Shown: piece by piece, positions 10,230-22,931 of the stretch
Layout: each line of letters starts with the position of its first letter
Numbering within the stretch: the stretch's first letter is position 1
Assembly (NCBI RefSeq): GCF_964204645.1
Contig: NC_134035.1
Span: forward strand, 5,766,001-5,830,000
DNA: 64,000 bases
Direction: 5' to 3'
Source: Tubulanus polymorphus
Lineage: Eukaryota; Animalia; Nemertea
Notes under the pieces: model-generated
What the model saw: the letters and a program-made list of their open reading frames with translations, nothing else
The model's database searches: none
Told to the model about the DNA's origin: nothing
Made by a program: the position numbers and the translations under genes

Positions 10230-13200
10230 TTACAGTTTTAACGACCTCGGTTTAATACAGTTCACCCACTGTCTCGCTATTTCAGTCATTTCGAGCTGGT
10301 CGGGCGTTTTTCCACAAGCGACGCGCTCGAAGCCAGATTTCCACTGTAAATAAACCATGATATTTTACTAGAAAGAGCGACCAGACGACTCTTACAGGGT
10401 GATCTAACGATTAACAATACTTACAGCATACATAGGGTTCTTAATCGGAGTCTCTTCAAATCGGATTTGTCTTTGCGTTTTCCTCTGCAAAATGAAATTC
10501 GAAAATAATGCGTTAAATGACTGAAAAAAAATGCAACAAGTTTCAGAAGCTGGTGAACAAACAACGGTAGACTTCGCCCAAGTTGGACTTTTTGGGACCG
10601 TAAAAATGTATCTGACTTTAGTGATATTCTGTGTTGGATGCTATTTACATCTCAAGTAGTGTCACAAAAAAGAATATTCAATCGAACATTAGGATCCAGT
10701 ACCAAAGTTGTGAGCTCAGAACTCAAAACTCAGAACTGTGGAACCGAGTCCCGAGTTGAACAGTTTGAACTTGAGCGCGGTCTACTGTATCAACTTGTGT
10801 ACACGACAAGTCGTAAGGGATCAATCATTTATTACGTACGCATGAAATTTGACTTTCTTTCTTAACCCCCCCTGTACACAAAATCAGCCATCTGTTCATG
10901 TAAATTAAGCATTACAGTACGCAATTGCACTTACCCCTCCCACCTCCCCTAATGCGTACGTAATAAGTGAATGATCCCTAAATGCGATCATCGTCTTAGC
11001 TATGACAAATTCAAAGCGTTCTACTGTAGCTGTAGAGTCAAACCATCGATATACCGCTCACATCGGTGCAGAACAATTTTGGGGGTATAGAGAGTATGGC
11101 GGTATATTGGGGGAGTTTTACTATGTGTTTGTTTAGAGATGTACATTGAGAAAGCCTGGCAGTAGGCGGGGGTGGCGGTATATGCAGGGCTGCCAACCTC
11201 TGAAAAGTGGAAAATCAGTAACAAATTGAATTATTCTCAGTAACATTTCATTGAAATATGAATGTTCAAATTAATCAGTAATCAACAGTCAGACCCTCAG
11301 TAACATCTTTCATATATCTGTACGAATCAAATAAATCAGTATTTCTAATTATAAAATATTAACAAATACTGAAAATCAGGAACAGTTGGCAGCTCTGTAT
11401 ATGGCAGGGCGGTATATTGGGGGTTGACTGTATTTCACAGATGAGACAGTGTGAGACTTAACTTCTGGTCTACTTAACAATTTAACATCGCAACATTTTT
11501 TAATTGAAGAACTCACCGATGATTTGCGTACGGATTTCGGCGTTTCGACCGAGAAAGCGTTGTTCAACGATAAATCTCGTTCGTTCAGATGTTTTATAAT
11601 CGACGGAGGTGAGAATATAATACTCTCATCACCGATTAACGATTTACTCTGAAAATAACAATTCATAAACCGTTAATTAATGAAGTCATTTCAGACACCT
11701 TGATTCAGCTCTGAGTTTAACTCCATAGAGTTATAACATTGAAAATGTACCGATTTTAACTCAGAGTTAACTCAAACTCACAACTATGGAACAGGGCCCT
11801 TATCTACTAAATACCAGTCTGGACCCAGTTCCACAGTCATAGTCGAATAACCACACTCAAACGCGGAGAACAGATATAAGACCAAAACCCACCATATGCA
11901 GATTGAAAGTTTTAAAATCGAGAATTCATTCAATCAAAAATTGATCAAAAAGACACGACTAGAGATCTCTGGTGCGAGATCGAAACATTGTGCTTTTTAA
12001 TAGACTTTTGATCGAATGAATTCTCGATTTCGAAACTTGTAATCTGTATATAGTGGGCTTTTCCCAGTTATGAGTTGAGATTTGACGTGAAACACATTGA
12101 AAATGAACTAATCTCAATCTCACTCTAACTGTGTAAATGGATGCTGGTTTTGTTTCTATTTACCGGTGTTTCTGGTAGCAACATCGGATTTCCGTTGAAA
12201 ATGTCCATTTGACCGGGAGTCGACCATTTGTGTTCGAGAGATTTTCGCACTTTCTTCGCGGGCGAAACATTCTGAAATCAAGCGAAGTTACAGGATTACG
12301 ACGCGATAGAAACATTCTCAATTTCCCAACGACGACTGTGCAGGGCTGTCAACTTCTTACAAGTGCTATCAGTAACAAATTGAATTTTTTACAGTATTAT
12401 TACATTGAAATATGAAAGAAAATGTTCGAATCAATCAGTAATCAACAGTAAGACCTTCAGTAACATCTTTCATATTTCTGTTCAAATCAATCAGTAATCA
12501 ACAGTAAGACCCTCAGAAACATCTTTCATATTTCTGTTCAAATCAATCAGTTATCAACAGTAAGACCCTCAGTAACACCTTTCATATTTCTGTTCAAATC
12601 AATCAGTAATCAACAGTAAGACCCTCAGTAACACCTTTCATATTTCTGTTCAAATCAATCACTAATCAACAGTAAGACCCTCAGTAACACCTTTCATATT
12701 TCTGTTCAAATCAATCAGTAATCAACAGTAAGACCCTCAGTAAAACCTTTCATATTTCTGTTCATATCAATCAGTAATCAACAGTAAGACCCTCAGTAAC
12801 ATCTTTCATATTTCTGTTCAAATCAATCATTAATCAACAGTGAGACCCTCAGTAACATCTTTCATATTTCTGTACGCATCAAACAAATCAAATCAGTATT
12901 TCTTGTTGTAAAATAGTAACAAATACTGAAAATCAGGAACAGTTGGCAGCTCTGACTGTGGACTTTATAGATGAAACACTGGTAAAATCCATCAAATTCT
13001 TACCTCCTTGTCGACTTTCCTCTTCACGGGATGAGTTTGTTCTTGTTTAATGACTTCGTTCAGATCAGCCACGTACTGAGAACGACTATCGGCCTAAAAT
13101 TGAAACAATCGTCATCTTATTTTCCGTAAAAACTGATGAAACATTCATCGACGAAGACCCAAACCACTACCTAAGTACCATTATGCACATCCTCGCTTGG

Positions 13201-16200
13201 TAGGGGTCCGGTATCGCTCCCCGACTCGCTTCCACCAGCCCCCTGGCCTCACAAAGCGTGATTTCATTACAGGCGCTGTTGCGCATGTCGTGTATCGATT
13301 TGCGAAATACTTCCTTCTTCGTTCAGTGATTGGTCCATTCAAGGAGAATTCCAACAGAAGCCTCGTCGTTTGTAACAAACGCTGTTAGGTACCACCGTAT
13401 TCTGTTCGGCCGGTAACGACTCGCGCGGTTAAGGGTATCGGGGAATGACTTAAACTTAGTGAGTTCGAATCCCTTGATGGGTGAAGATGTGTGATGCTCA
13501 TACATTAGCGCCTTATAACATCACGGAATAAAGATTGTCCGTATTAGCCCCCCCCCCCCCCCGAAATCAAGGAGAAACGTACCGTCTTTATCATCGATCC
13601 ACTTTTCTTCTCAACTTCAGCCAGCGCGTTTTTAAATGGGGTCGGAGTTCGCGGCGTCACTTCAAGAATTTCTTCTTTAGATTTCGGCGTCCTTTAAATA
13701 CATAAAACGCGTTAAGTAATGTCGAGATCAGATAAAAATGTCTTTACGAGAAAAGGCGCTTCGACAATTCGACAAGAAAGATCCCGGCATTTTTATACAG
13801 GAAAAGATCCTTCGCTTCTATAGAAAAAGATCTCCGCACCTCTATATAAGGAAAGATCCCAGTACATCTATACTAAATTCTGACTGCCTTTCAGAACGTA
13901 TTCGTTACAATAGATCTGTGCATGGTTCCCACAGTTGCACGAATTAAAAATTCGCAGATTCTTCCCAAGTATTTCAAGGGTGATTTTTAAATACAGTCAA
14001 CATTTTAATGGCAACTGGTTGATAAAGATGATTCTTGAAGGAAATTGCTGAAGAAAGTTGCACTTGGCAAATACAATACGTGAAATGTAAAGGAATTTCC
14101 CAAATATTTCCCTGATTCGAGGAACATTTTTCAAATTCTGTCTATGTATTTCATGCTGACCTGTTTTGTAATTTAGGAGTATTGATCGTATTGGATTTGT
14201 TATCAGCGTGACACGTGTTGATCGGGGTCGCGCTGAGGACGTCTCGACAGATCGGCGTCGACGTCAACTGTCCGTTTCCAAATGGTACGTCGGGACTATT
14301 CAGAAACTGAAATACAAAACAACAAACAATTACCGGTCAATTCAACTACCGTAATCAGTTTATAGGAACTAGTGATCTGTCTAGAACTCTCTTGGTTCAA
14401 CAGTGTCAAACTTCTATTAACCACATTTCTCAGTTTTATGCTTAATCTCGAATTTCAAATTTCAACGATTCATATGTCAAACAGTGTGGCCACTTTTATT
14501 TGACTCGCTTTTCCACCCCGACCATTCCCCGACATGTGCTTCGTTTTCTCTGAATCGAACCGCTAAAGTTACAATCAATGAACGCAGTCAAATACATAAG
14601 ACATAGACGGAAGCTGTTTAATTTTTTATACACAATATAGGCCTAGCTGTCTCAACAAATTTCCCTGATTTTCAGCTATTTTTACTAAAGTCCCTGACAT
14701 TTTTTAAAGAATAGTAAATTTCCTGACTTTTCCCTGATTTCCAGGTAAGCGGCCTCTCCGTCTAATGAGTTGTCAGTATAAACTAGTGATAAGTTGCAGC
14801 TGTGACCGATACTCAGCGGTTAACGTAACTAGAATTGTTCAGTTGCACCCACCTGTGACGGAGAGAACGGCAGATTTTTAATCGGCGTTTTGTTCGGTGT
14901 TTTAGGTTCCTCTTTCAGCAGTTCGATGGTAATGCTGTCCGGTAAGAGCGGTTCACAGCTCTGATCTATCGAACCGCTTGTTAAGGTCTGTTTATAATCA
15001 TCCGCGTACAATATCTGTTCCGTATGTAATCGACGTACGGCCATCGCATCTTTCTGTTTGTGAAATAGACGAAAACATAATTTTGAGTGCGATATGTTTT
15101 ATATTACGATGTTGTACAATCAAATTGTACACATTTGCTACCAGCTAAGAGGTTCCGCCATCATCGCCACTACGAGTTATTTCATAGTTTCCAGTTCTGC
15201 CATCATTGCCCCTACAAGTTATCTGATAGTTCCAGTTGTACCATCATTGCCACTATGAGTTATCTGATAGTTCCAGTTCTGCCATCATTGCCACTATTAG
15301 TTATCTCATAGCTGATCCTTCTTAATTTCTGTTAGATATTTGCACTCTGGCGCACGGGAATGACACAGTTCCTTCATTGGATGGCAATGTGAACAAACAC
15401 TGCTTCATTCTCAATTTTGAATTTTGAACGAAGGCCACCTTTGTAATAGCTCTATTCATTGTCAGTAATGAGATAATGTGCAGCACTGTATAACCATGAT
15501 GGTAGCAAATGTGTTTTAAAACCCCTTGGACTGAGAGAACACTGACTTTAATTGAACAATGGCTGAATTGAATGAACAATCGAATGACGCATCATTTTAC
15601 CTGAGTTTCTTTCTCTTTCTTGTGTTCGCGACTCTTACGCAGTATTGTAGGCGGGGTTCGCGGCGGCTGATCTCGACTCTTCGACTCGGGAGTCTCAGCG
15701 GGAATCGTAGTCTCGGCAGCAGTCGTCACAGTTGTATTCAATGATTTCGGTTTTAATGCACCGATTCCATTGCCATTCAACGTATAACCTGTAATAGAGA
15801 GATTAATTACTGTATAATGAGTTAGGTCAGGGAAAGTAGTCACGGGTGGTGTCCCAAGCCCCGCGAACTCAGTATGGCGATTGAGTTAGGTCAATGAAAG
15901 AAGTCAAGTGCAGTGCACCAAGCCCTGCGAACTCAGTATGGCAATTGAGTTAGGTCAGGGAAAGTCGTCAAGGGTGGTAGGGGTGGATCCAAGCCATGTA
16001 TGGAAGGGTAGCACCTGATGAAAAGGGCAATAATTATCGCAAAGAGACACTATCCACCAGTTCCTTCCCAGGTAAATTTCTAAAATAAGCCTTTGCAGTG
16101 ATGCAGTTTCCAAGCATTTGAACTAAGACTAAGACTAAGACTAACATATTGAATGTTGAATGTCCTCAGATGATTTTAGAGGGTAGCACGTGCCCCAGGT

Positions 16201-19200
16201 GCAACCCCCTGGATCCGCGCCTGGGTGGTGCACACAGTTCATTACAGCATTATTGCTGATCCAAATGCGATGATGTATTCAATGCCGCTTTGAATCCATT
16301 TTCAAGGCTATTTTTATTGCCAATATACTAATTTTCAGATGGAATCAGAGTCAATTCAAATAGCAGTGTTTTCAATAAGAGCCAGGTCCCAGACCCGTCT
16401 GTCGTTTGTAAAGGACCCGCCTGTTTTTTCAAACCAGCTTTCGTTTCAGGTACTGTGACATATTATGGGACCATCCTGTTTTTCAAAGGGACCTGGCTTG
16501 TTAATTTCTTATTGAAAACACTGAATAGACACGAAAACACTGGTAGAAATCATAATCTGGAAGGTCAATGGGAGTTGGTTATATTATAAGTGACATACCG
16601 GTGCTTTTAATCTGTTTTTGTTTCGAGGTATCGTCTTCACCCATCAATATATCGTACGTCGTCATATCTGTATTACCGATCATCTCTTCGAATCCATCTC
16701 CGACGCCCCTGTTTAATAATACAGTACATAACTGACATATACGCAAGGCTACTGCAGTGGACATACACCTAGATTCAAAGCCTTTAAGTTTTTACAGGAC
16801 AGCCTAGATTCTAAGTCTTTACGTCTTTATAGGACCACTTAGATTCTAAGTCTTTAATTCTTTACAGGACCACCTAAATTCTAAGTTTTTCCGCAGATCA
16901 CTGACTACTTCAATGTAGTGGTGATCACCGTGAAGTCCTGTTGAATAAACAGTAACCCCTGTAATCGAAACAAACTGCACTTACTTCAGCGGCGATAGAA
17001 TACTGTTGACAGTCGGTAGATGTACCCGATTTTCTAGTTTGATGTAATTAGATTGCGTAGTTTGTCGAGTCGAGGAGAGCGGTTGAGACGACGGCTGTTG
17101 AACGATTTGCCAAGTTTGCGGAGTCGTATACATTCCTGTCGATGGGTTGTACGTACAATTACCGGGTACGATGATCGTGTTCGGAGGGGCAGTCTGAAAT
17201 GAGCGACATTAATGTAAATTTCAATAGTAATAAACTACCAAAATCGACTATATGACGGTATATCAATCTGAAGCCCCGATTGACCCTGTACTCTAATACC
17301 GTCATCTGGGCTTTACCACGTTCAGTGCCTCACCCTAGATAGCTTTATCGATGAAGTAACAAGTGAAGTAAGAATGAAGTAACGAGTGAATTACGAACAC
17401 CAGGGGCTAGTTGCTTAACTCAATAGTTGGTTCAATATAACTGTCAAATACTGCAGTGTCAACCCCAAATTTTGAGAAACTGACCCCAGACATTTGAAAG
17501 TGATCATCTCGATTTCCCTTTGCACTAATGGAAGTCTGAAAGGGGGTTGAGGGGCAAATCCGGGGTATGATTCAGGGAGGTGTGCACCCTCAAAAATGAC
17601 TTTTCTTAGAAGGTGCAAATCCTAGGGATGCTTTCAAATTCACCAAGAACCTTAGTGTCTGATGTACCACAGTGGGTGTACACGTAGGGCAACTTTGATC
17701 ACTGCGTGGAGACAGCTACACTGCCAGGACTTGGTGAAGTTTCAGGCTGCCGATCGCAAACATCGAATAAACGATATAATAAGAAAGATACTAACTGCGA
17801 ACGCTTGATTAGGGAATAATTGCGGAGCGCGTTGTAACGCGTTATTATCAGCGGTCTGATACATGTTGCCCGTCGTCGCCGCGTAAACTCTCTGCCTTTC
17901 GTATTCCTCCTCGTTCTCGAATTTACGTCTCATCGTCGAATTCCAGTGATTCTTAATCGCGTTATCCGTTCTGAATAAAAACACAGCGAACATCAAACAT
18001 TTCAAGTCGTCAGCAGTCGTTGTCATCCAAATAGGACACATTGGTGACCCGATTAGTTTTCTTAATAGTTGTTTCGATGATGAATCAACTTTGATAATTT
18101 ACCTTCCCGGAAGATATTTCGCGATCTCTGCCCAGCGATTACCGAGTTTTTTGTGTAGATTATAAATCAACCGGTCTTCACCTTCCGTCCACGCGCATTT
18201 CTTTATATCGGGGTTTAGATGATTGTGCCACCTAAAAAATTCATCAAATTTCAAACATATTTTATGATTCAATCATATGTTGTTCTGAAGGGTTCTTACG
18301 CAGATCATGGAATCCAAGTCCAAAATTCTCCTACATATATTTCCCCAATTCCCTGATTAAATCAAAACGATATCCTCAGTCGGGGGGGGGGGGGGCTGTT
18401 TCTTATCGAGAGGTTACGTATGCCACTCGAGCAAGATCAAGAAGATGCCAAACATTCAACATTTCAAATTCCCGGATTTTCTCTTGATCGGTCAGAGAAC
18501 CTGGATTCTGGATCGTTGGTCAGAGAAATTTTTTTGCAACTACTATCCATAAGTCTGAAACTGGTGTCTAAATTCATTTTGAAAGCCATGCTGATCTTTG
18601 GGAGAACCCGGTTTTTCAGAAAGCCCAGCTGATCTGTGGGGGTACCCAGTTACTCTCAGCAGTAAAATGCATTATACTGACCGTTCTCGACATTGTTTTC
18701 CGGTTCGACCCTTCAGATGTTTAGATATGAGGGTCCATCTTTTCGGTCCGTATTGATGAACTAACTGCATCACTTTCTCATCTTCCTGGAAAGTAATAAT
18801 AAAATAATATACATCGATATCAATCATTTGCAAACTTTGAGAGATGATGACTGATACACTACGCTACATCGAAATATTAGGTATGTTTCTCTGATGACGA
18901 GATTAAGATTCATCTCAAAATTAATTAAGACTTATAAATCAAATAAAAGATAAAATTAAATGTAGATAAATATCATCAATGTAAATTGTTTATCGACTTA
19001 GAGAACTGACTCGGGTGGTGACTGACTACAAGAATTTTTCTTCTATAAAGGTTGAATTTTTGTAATTATTTCGACAACTTGAATTGTTTGTCCTACCTCT
19101 TTGGTCCACGGTCCTTTAATCAGATCAGGATTCAATACTTTGTACCATCTATGTTGACATTGACCCTCGGTTCGATCGGGGAAATAATTACAAACATTTT

Positions 19201-22200
19201 TCCATTCGAGGCCGTAGTTCTCGACTACTTTACGTAACCTGTCGTCCTACAAATCAAAACACGAGTTCAAATACATAGAATAACTCTTATGTAGACAGGG
19301 GAATTTTGTTGCTTCAAAAGCTTGTAATACCCTCATTAAGCCTATACATCCTAAGGCATGACATTTCGAACATAGGTTCGATGGATCATAAATTTCAATG
19401 AAAGCAAGGAGCTACCATAATACCAGGACGTAATTGAGGGGGCCATGGGTAAAAGAAACCATAAAAAGTTTCGCAGATCACAAGGATCCCAATAACCAGG
19501 TGCTGGGTACTATCTAAATAACTAATAATCATGTTACTCTTCTGAAAGTCAATGTTGGTGAACATTCTAGTTTTGCGTCACTTCTGGCGTTAATGTTGTC
19601 GTTCATTTCTAGAACTAAGATCTGAGCGCACGTTTGCGATTACTAGTTCAACAAGATTACAACCATAAAACACAAACTCTCACCTCTTCTTTCGTCCATC
19701 GTCCTTTGTTGAGGTTTTTCTTGCGTAATATCTGCGATTGATAATCGTGGTCGGGATGTTCGGAGTCGGCATCGTCGGTATCGCTGTCGCAACTACCGTG
19801 TCGGACGCTCCTGTATAGAATAATAAACAACACTCGAAATATCGTGAACGTAGAAGTTTTCAACTCCGTCCTAATTAATCGGAGAACTTCTCTTACCGTA
19901 GAATACTGTACAAAACTGCGTTAGACATTAAACAAATCTTTTCCTAAATTCTCGATATATAAAATCCTAAATATATCAAAATTGCATGCACGCTTCGGAC
20001 TATGCTCAAATGATGTTGACTGCTCGAATTCTCATAACGTAATAAAATTCACCGTCAAATATTTCTATAAATAACGCGCGGGGGCATTTTACCGCAGATG
20101 ACAGATGCACAATGCTTTCTAGGCTAAAATCCCATTCTAAAATTTCGAGTCTAAAATGATCTAACTCTAAAGAGCCGGCGTACACAATAGACGGATATCA
20201 ATGATTTCAGTTTATTCTATTAACAACTTGTCATTGTGCTCCGACATTCCTTTGTAAACATACAGTTTACGAGAGCAGAGAGCAGGAGCCCGTTTCGTAT
20301 TTCCTTGGAAACAACAACCTGTTTGAGAGCGACGTGTCCAGGCCCGTGATGCGTAAGTAGCGATGAGGGCAGCTTCCAGGCTGCCGAGAAGAATACGATC
20401 AGATCCTCTTATTCAGGGCGGAAGTATTTAAACAGTTCAGAAAAACTGCGCAAATACAATTAAGCAAGCGTCGAATAACACTATTTTCAGCTCCTTGATT
20501 TTTCGCGCATGATTCTATTGCGTAAAAGCAGCGAAATCCGAGCTTGGTTAAATACAGTGGAGGATTATTAACGTTTAAACCGATGTCATGTACTAGAAGA
20601 GACAGGATTTGCATTCATGATCTAAGGCACAGTGTTGTCAAAGTCCAGCCTTAATCATTTTCTCTCCATAACAGAAGTGAACAAACAAATCGTTGTTTGT
20701 TATAGTAATTGAATGTTTACATCATGAAACCGATTATTAATTCATCAATTACATTATTCATCCTTTTATTCACCACAAAAACTTAGATAAATAACTACAA
20801 TTAACAACACTACAATTAGCAATAATTAATTAGTTGCATGGTAGTGACAGGTGTGATGGCTTGAGGTAGACAAAGTTTTTGTCTGGAGGCACCCCTGCCT
20901 TGGGTACCTGCCATAAATCACGACCAATTAAAAGTCCAATCTACTGTCTGATGATGTAAGTTGTAATTATCTCCAAGGGTGTGTGAAAAGCATGTCTCTT
21001 GATTGTGGACAAACAAATATAAAAGCAAATTCTGGAATACATATTCTCTTTGTATTAAACCAGCAGGCGCTGAAGTCACATGTGTGCTTAACATGTCCAC
21101 ACTCATAAATACTACATATACAAAACACACTTCGATGAAAAAGAGAAAACTACAGAATAAATCACATTTCCATCCAAGAAGATTAGTATAGGAATGTCTG
21201 AGAATAATTGAAAATAAACGAGATAATATTCATGGTAGAATAGCCCAATCATTACGTATAATTCTCATTTGACAACTGGTTAGTCTCTCTAGTGAGAGAA
21301 ATTAACGTCCCTCAAATGTCTAAAAACAAAATTTTCAAGCCTGGGGTGTTTGTTTTAAACTAGACCTGCACATAGGCCTAGACCGATGTATCCTATCTAG
21401 GCTAAAGCCCGGTGACACTTCCTCATAGGACTGACTGATCACCGACTCTTTTTTTAGTCGATCTATCTGTTTTCACGACAGATGAAAACTGCTTTGTAAA
21501 TTAAGGCGCGTTAGGTGCAATTCTTGCTGCACCAATTGCCGATTTTTGAATTTACCTCAATATTGTCAAAAACATAGTACCGGTAGGCCAGTAGAAAAAA
21601 AAACGTATTTTGCCGATGCAGTTGCTACAGTTCCAACGCCGCTGAGATTTGTTTGACGGTAAAAGTTTTTAAACTACCGACAGATCGATGCATCTTGGCC
21701 TAAATCTGGAAGCTATGATAATTCATCCTCAAACATAATAATAGAGTAAAACATATTAACAGGAAGGTAGAAATAACCATCACTCATAAAACTGTGAATA
21801 GAGTTGACTGCATGTTAATCACCTGTGGTAAAAGGAAAGAATGTGACCTTCCATTGTTAGCGTTCAACAATAGAGCTCTACACCTGTCACTAAGGCAGCA
21901 GGATATATGGGACATCCTATCTCATCTATCTGACCTAGCCGTCCTTGCCCACTATCTCTTGTCCAGTAGGCCTATAAGCAACTTGAAATACTTTTCGGAA
22001 TTTGTGAAGCGAACATTTTTACAACTAAGAAACACAACAACCCAAAAGTTCGGAAATCCACTAAACAAATGCGATGAAAATACAAGCCTAATACTCTGCG
22101 CCCTGACGACCACTGGCACTATGCTCACGCGAGCGAACTCCGACCTAACTTATAAAAACTTTTCTACTTTTTTCCTGCTTGCTTACACACTGTCTGCCTG

Positions 22201-22593
22201 AGAATTTAGTTCAATCCTAAAATCTTAATTCTTGAATAATACTACGCCTACGTCTACGAGGTAGACTGCACAGTCAAAAAAGTACCCATATGGCCATGGC
22301 ATGTCTGACACATTAATAAATAAGGCCACAAAAATACCTTACAAAAAACTTTTGTTGAATACAATACCAAAATACAAACAATTATAAACTGTTCAAAGAA
22401 CGTAAAGATCAACAGAAATACTTCAATCAATATGTAGTAAGTAAACAATAAGAACATTCATTTCAAGAGTTAGTCGAACAGACTAAACGACCCTGACGAG
22501 TAAACTTAAATTTTCTCAGCAGTTTATAGTTTTGAAGGCACAAACTTACCCGATAAGCGGCGCATTTGACGAATAAACGACGAAGTTCTCCAT
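10230..22593 (-). CDS. MYB: Three-repeat (R1R2R3) Myb transcription factor with B-Myb-like C-terminus, 17 coding exons
   Basis: Exons 22593-22550 (least certain), 19810-19684, 19246-19097, 18785-18682, 18231-18103, 17970-17796, 17193-16985, 16708-16599, 15788-15601, 15053-14853, 14306-14161, 13691-13583, 13093-13004, 12271-12164, 11648-11517, 10484-10425, 10343-10230 (TAA). Motifs: [122 protein letters not shown]. Confidence 0.96.
10817..10978. mobile_element. Tourist/Harbinger-like MITE with TAA TSD
   Basis: TIR GGGATCAATCATTTATTACGTACGCA; TAA on both sides. Second copy, inverted, at ~27905-28067. Confidence 0.8.
11185..11397. mobile_element. hAT-like MITE with 6-bp TSD
   Basis: TIR CAGGGCTGCCAAC / GTTGGCAGCTCTG, flanked by TATATG on both sides. 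Confidence 0.8.
11884..12062. mobile_element. Family B palindrome with central deletion, nested in a Harbinger-like MITE in a Myb intron
   Basis: Arms AAAATCGAGAATTCATTCAATCAAAA / TTTTGATCGAATGAATTCTCGATTT. Stem GATCTC-TGGTGC-GAGATC-GAAAC is retained; CUGANGA is lost. Confidence 0.6.
12341..12954. mobile_element. Same hAT-like MITE family with an internal 8 x 56-bp tandem array (12429-12876)
   Basis: Same TIRs, ACTGTG on both sides. Unit AATCAATCAGTAATCAACAGTAAGACCCTCAGTAACAYCTTTCATATTTCTGTTCA starts at 12429, 12485, 12541, 12597, 12653, 12709, 12765 and 12821. Confidence 0.9.
15150..15312. repeat. Minisatellite, ~41-bp unit, about 4 copies
   Basis: Unit CCATCATTGCCACTATGAGTTATCTGATAGTTCCAGTTCTG. 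Confidence 0.8.
15818..15978. repeat. Degenerate ~60-bp tandem repeat interrupted by a GGATCC-TIR MITE (~15978-16223)
   Basis: GAGTTAGGTCA...CAAGCCC.GCGAACTCAGTATGGC repeated; followed by AGGGGTGGATCC...GGATCCGCGCCTG. Confidence 0.6.
16364..16523. mobile_element. hAT-like MITE with 5-bp TSD
   Basis: Perfect 17-bp TIR CAGTGTTTTCAATAAGA / TCTTATTGAAAACACTG; AATAG on both sides. Confidence 0.75.
16766..16892. repeat. Minisatellite, ~35-bp unit, about 3.5 copies
   Basis: Unit approximately CCTAGATTCTAAGTCTTTA..TCTTTACAGGACCA. Confidence 0.75.
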
Positions 22594-22931
22594 AATTGGT
22601 GCGCAACAATGAATCAGTGCCGAATTTCTCGGTGATTTAATTAGTTAGATGTAATTAGTGCGCGACGGATGAGAATGAAAGGATCCACTCTCTGAAGTGT
22701 GTGTAGTAAAATCCGAGTCGCCATTCTTTGTTGTATCTGGCGCCTGATAATACAACGAGATCGCTGATTGGACGAATAGATTAATACAAGACGAACGCCG
22801 ATTGGATGACCTACATAGTCGACTGTGGCAATAGAGGTTTCTGACCCCGACCGGCTGGTATCGCCATCTAGCATCATTTCGTGGAAGCTATTATTAGTCA
22901 ATGGGTGTAAACTATTATTGACGTTTGAAAG
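22594..22931. promoter_or_regulatory. Compact divergent promoter region between Myb and Ly6 gene 1, with two CCAAT boxes
   Basis: 338 bp between the inferred ATGs (22593 minus, 22932 plus). ATTGG at 22767 and 22801 reads CCAAT on the Myb strand, 34 bp apart. TTTGAA at 22924. Confidence 0.55.

Noticed and set aside
12429-12876. CRISPR-like array
   Set aside because: Units are contiguous with no unique spacers, no cas genes are present, and the array lies in a eukaryotic intron inside a MITE.
13408-13480. tRNA gene
   Set aside because: A B-box-like motif is present, but no convincing acceptor or anticodon stems were found.
18890-18922. Additional hammerhead (CTGATGA-CGAGAT...ATCTC-AAAA)
   Set aside because: It lacks GAAA, a cleavage triplet and stem I; at most a decayed remnant.
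21794-22201. 135-aa ORF antisense in Myb intron 1 (and the 146-aa ORF at 49933-50373)
   Set aside because: Non-ATG starts and no recognisable motif; the 49933 region is chitinase upstream DNA whose homologues do not keep the ORF.
22550-22565. ATG 22565 (MRRLS) as the Myb start
   Set aside because: A 16-nt exon gives phase 1, but the next exon needs phase 2; ATG 22593 fits.
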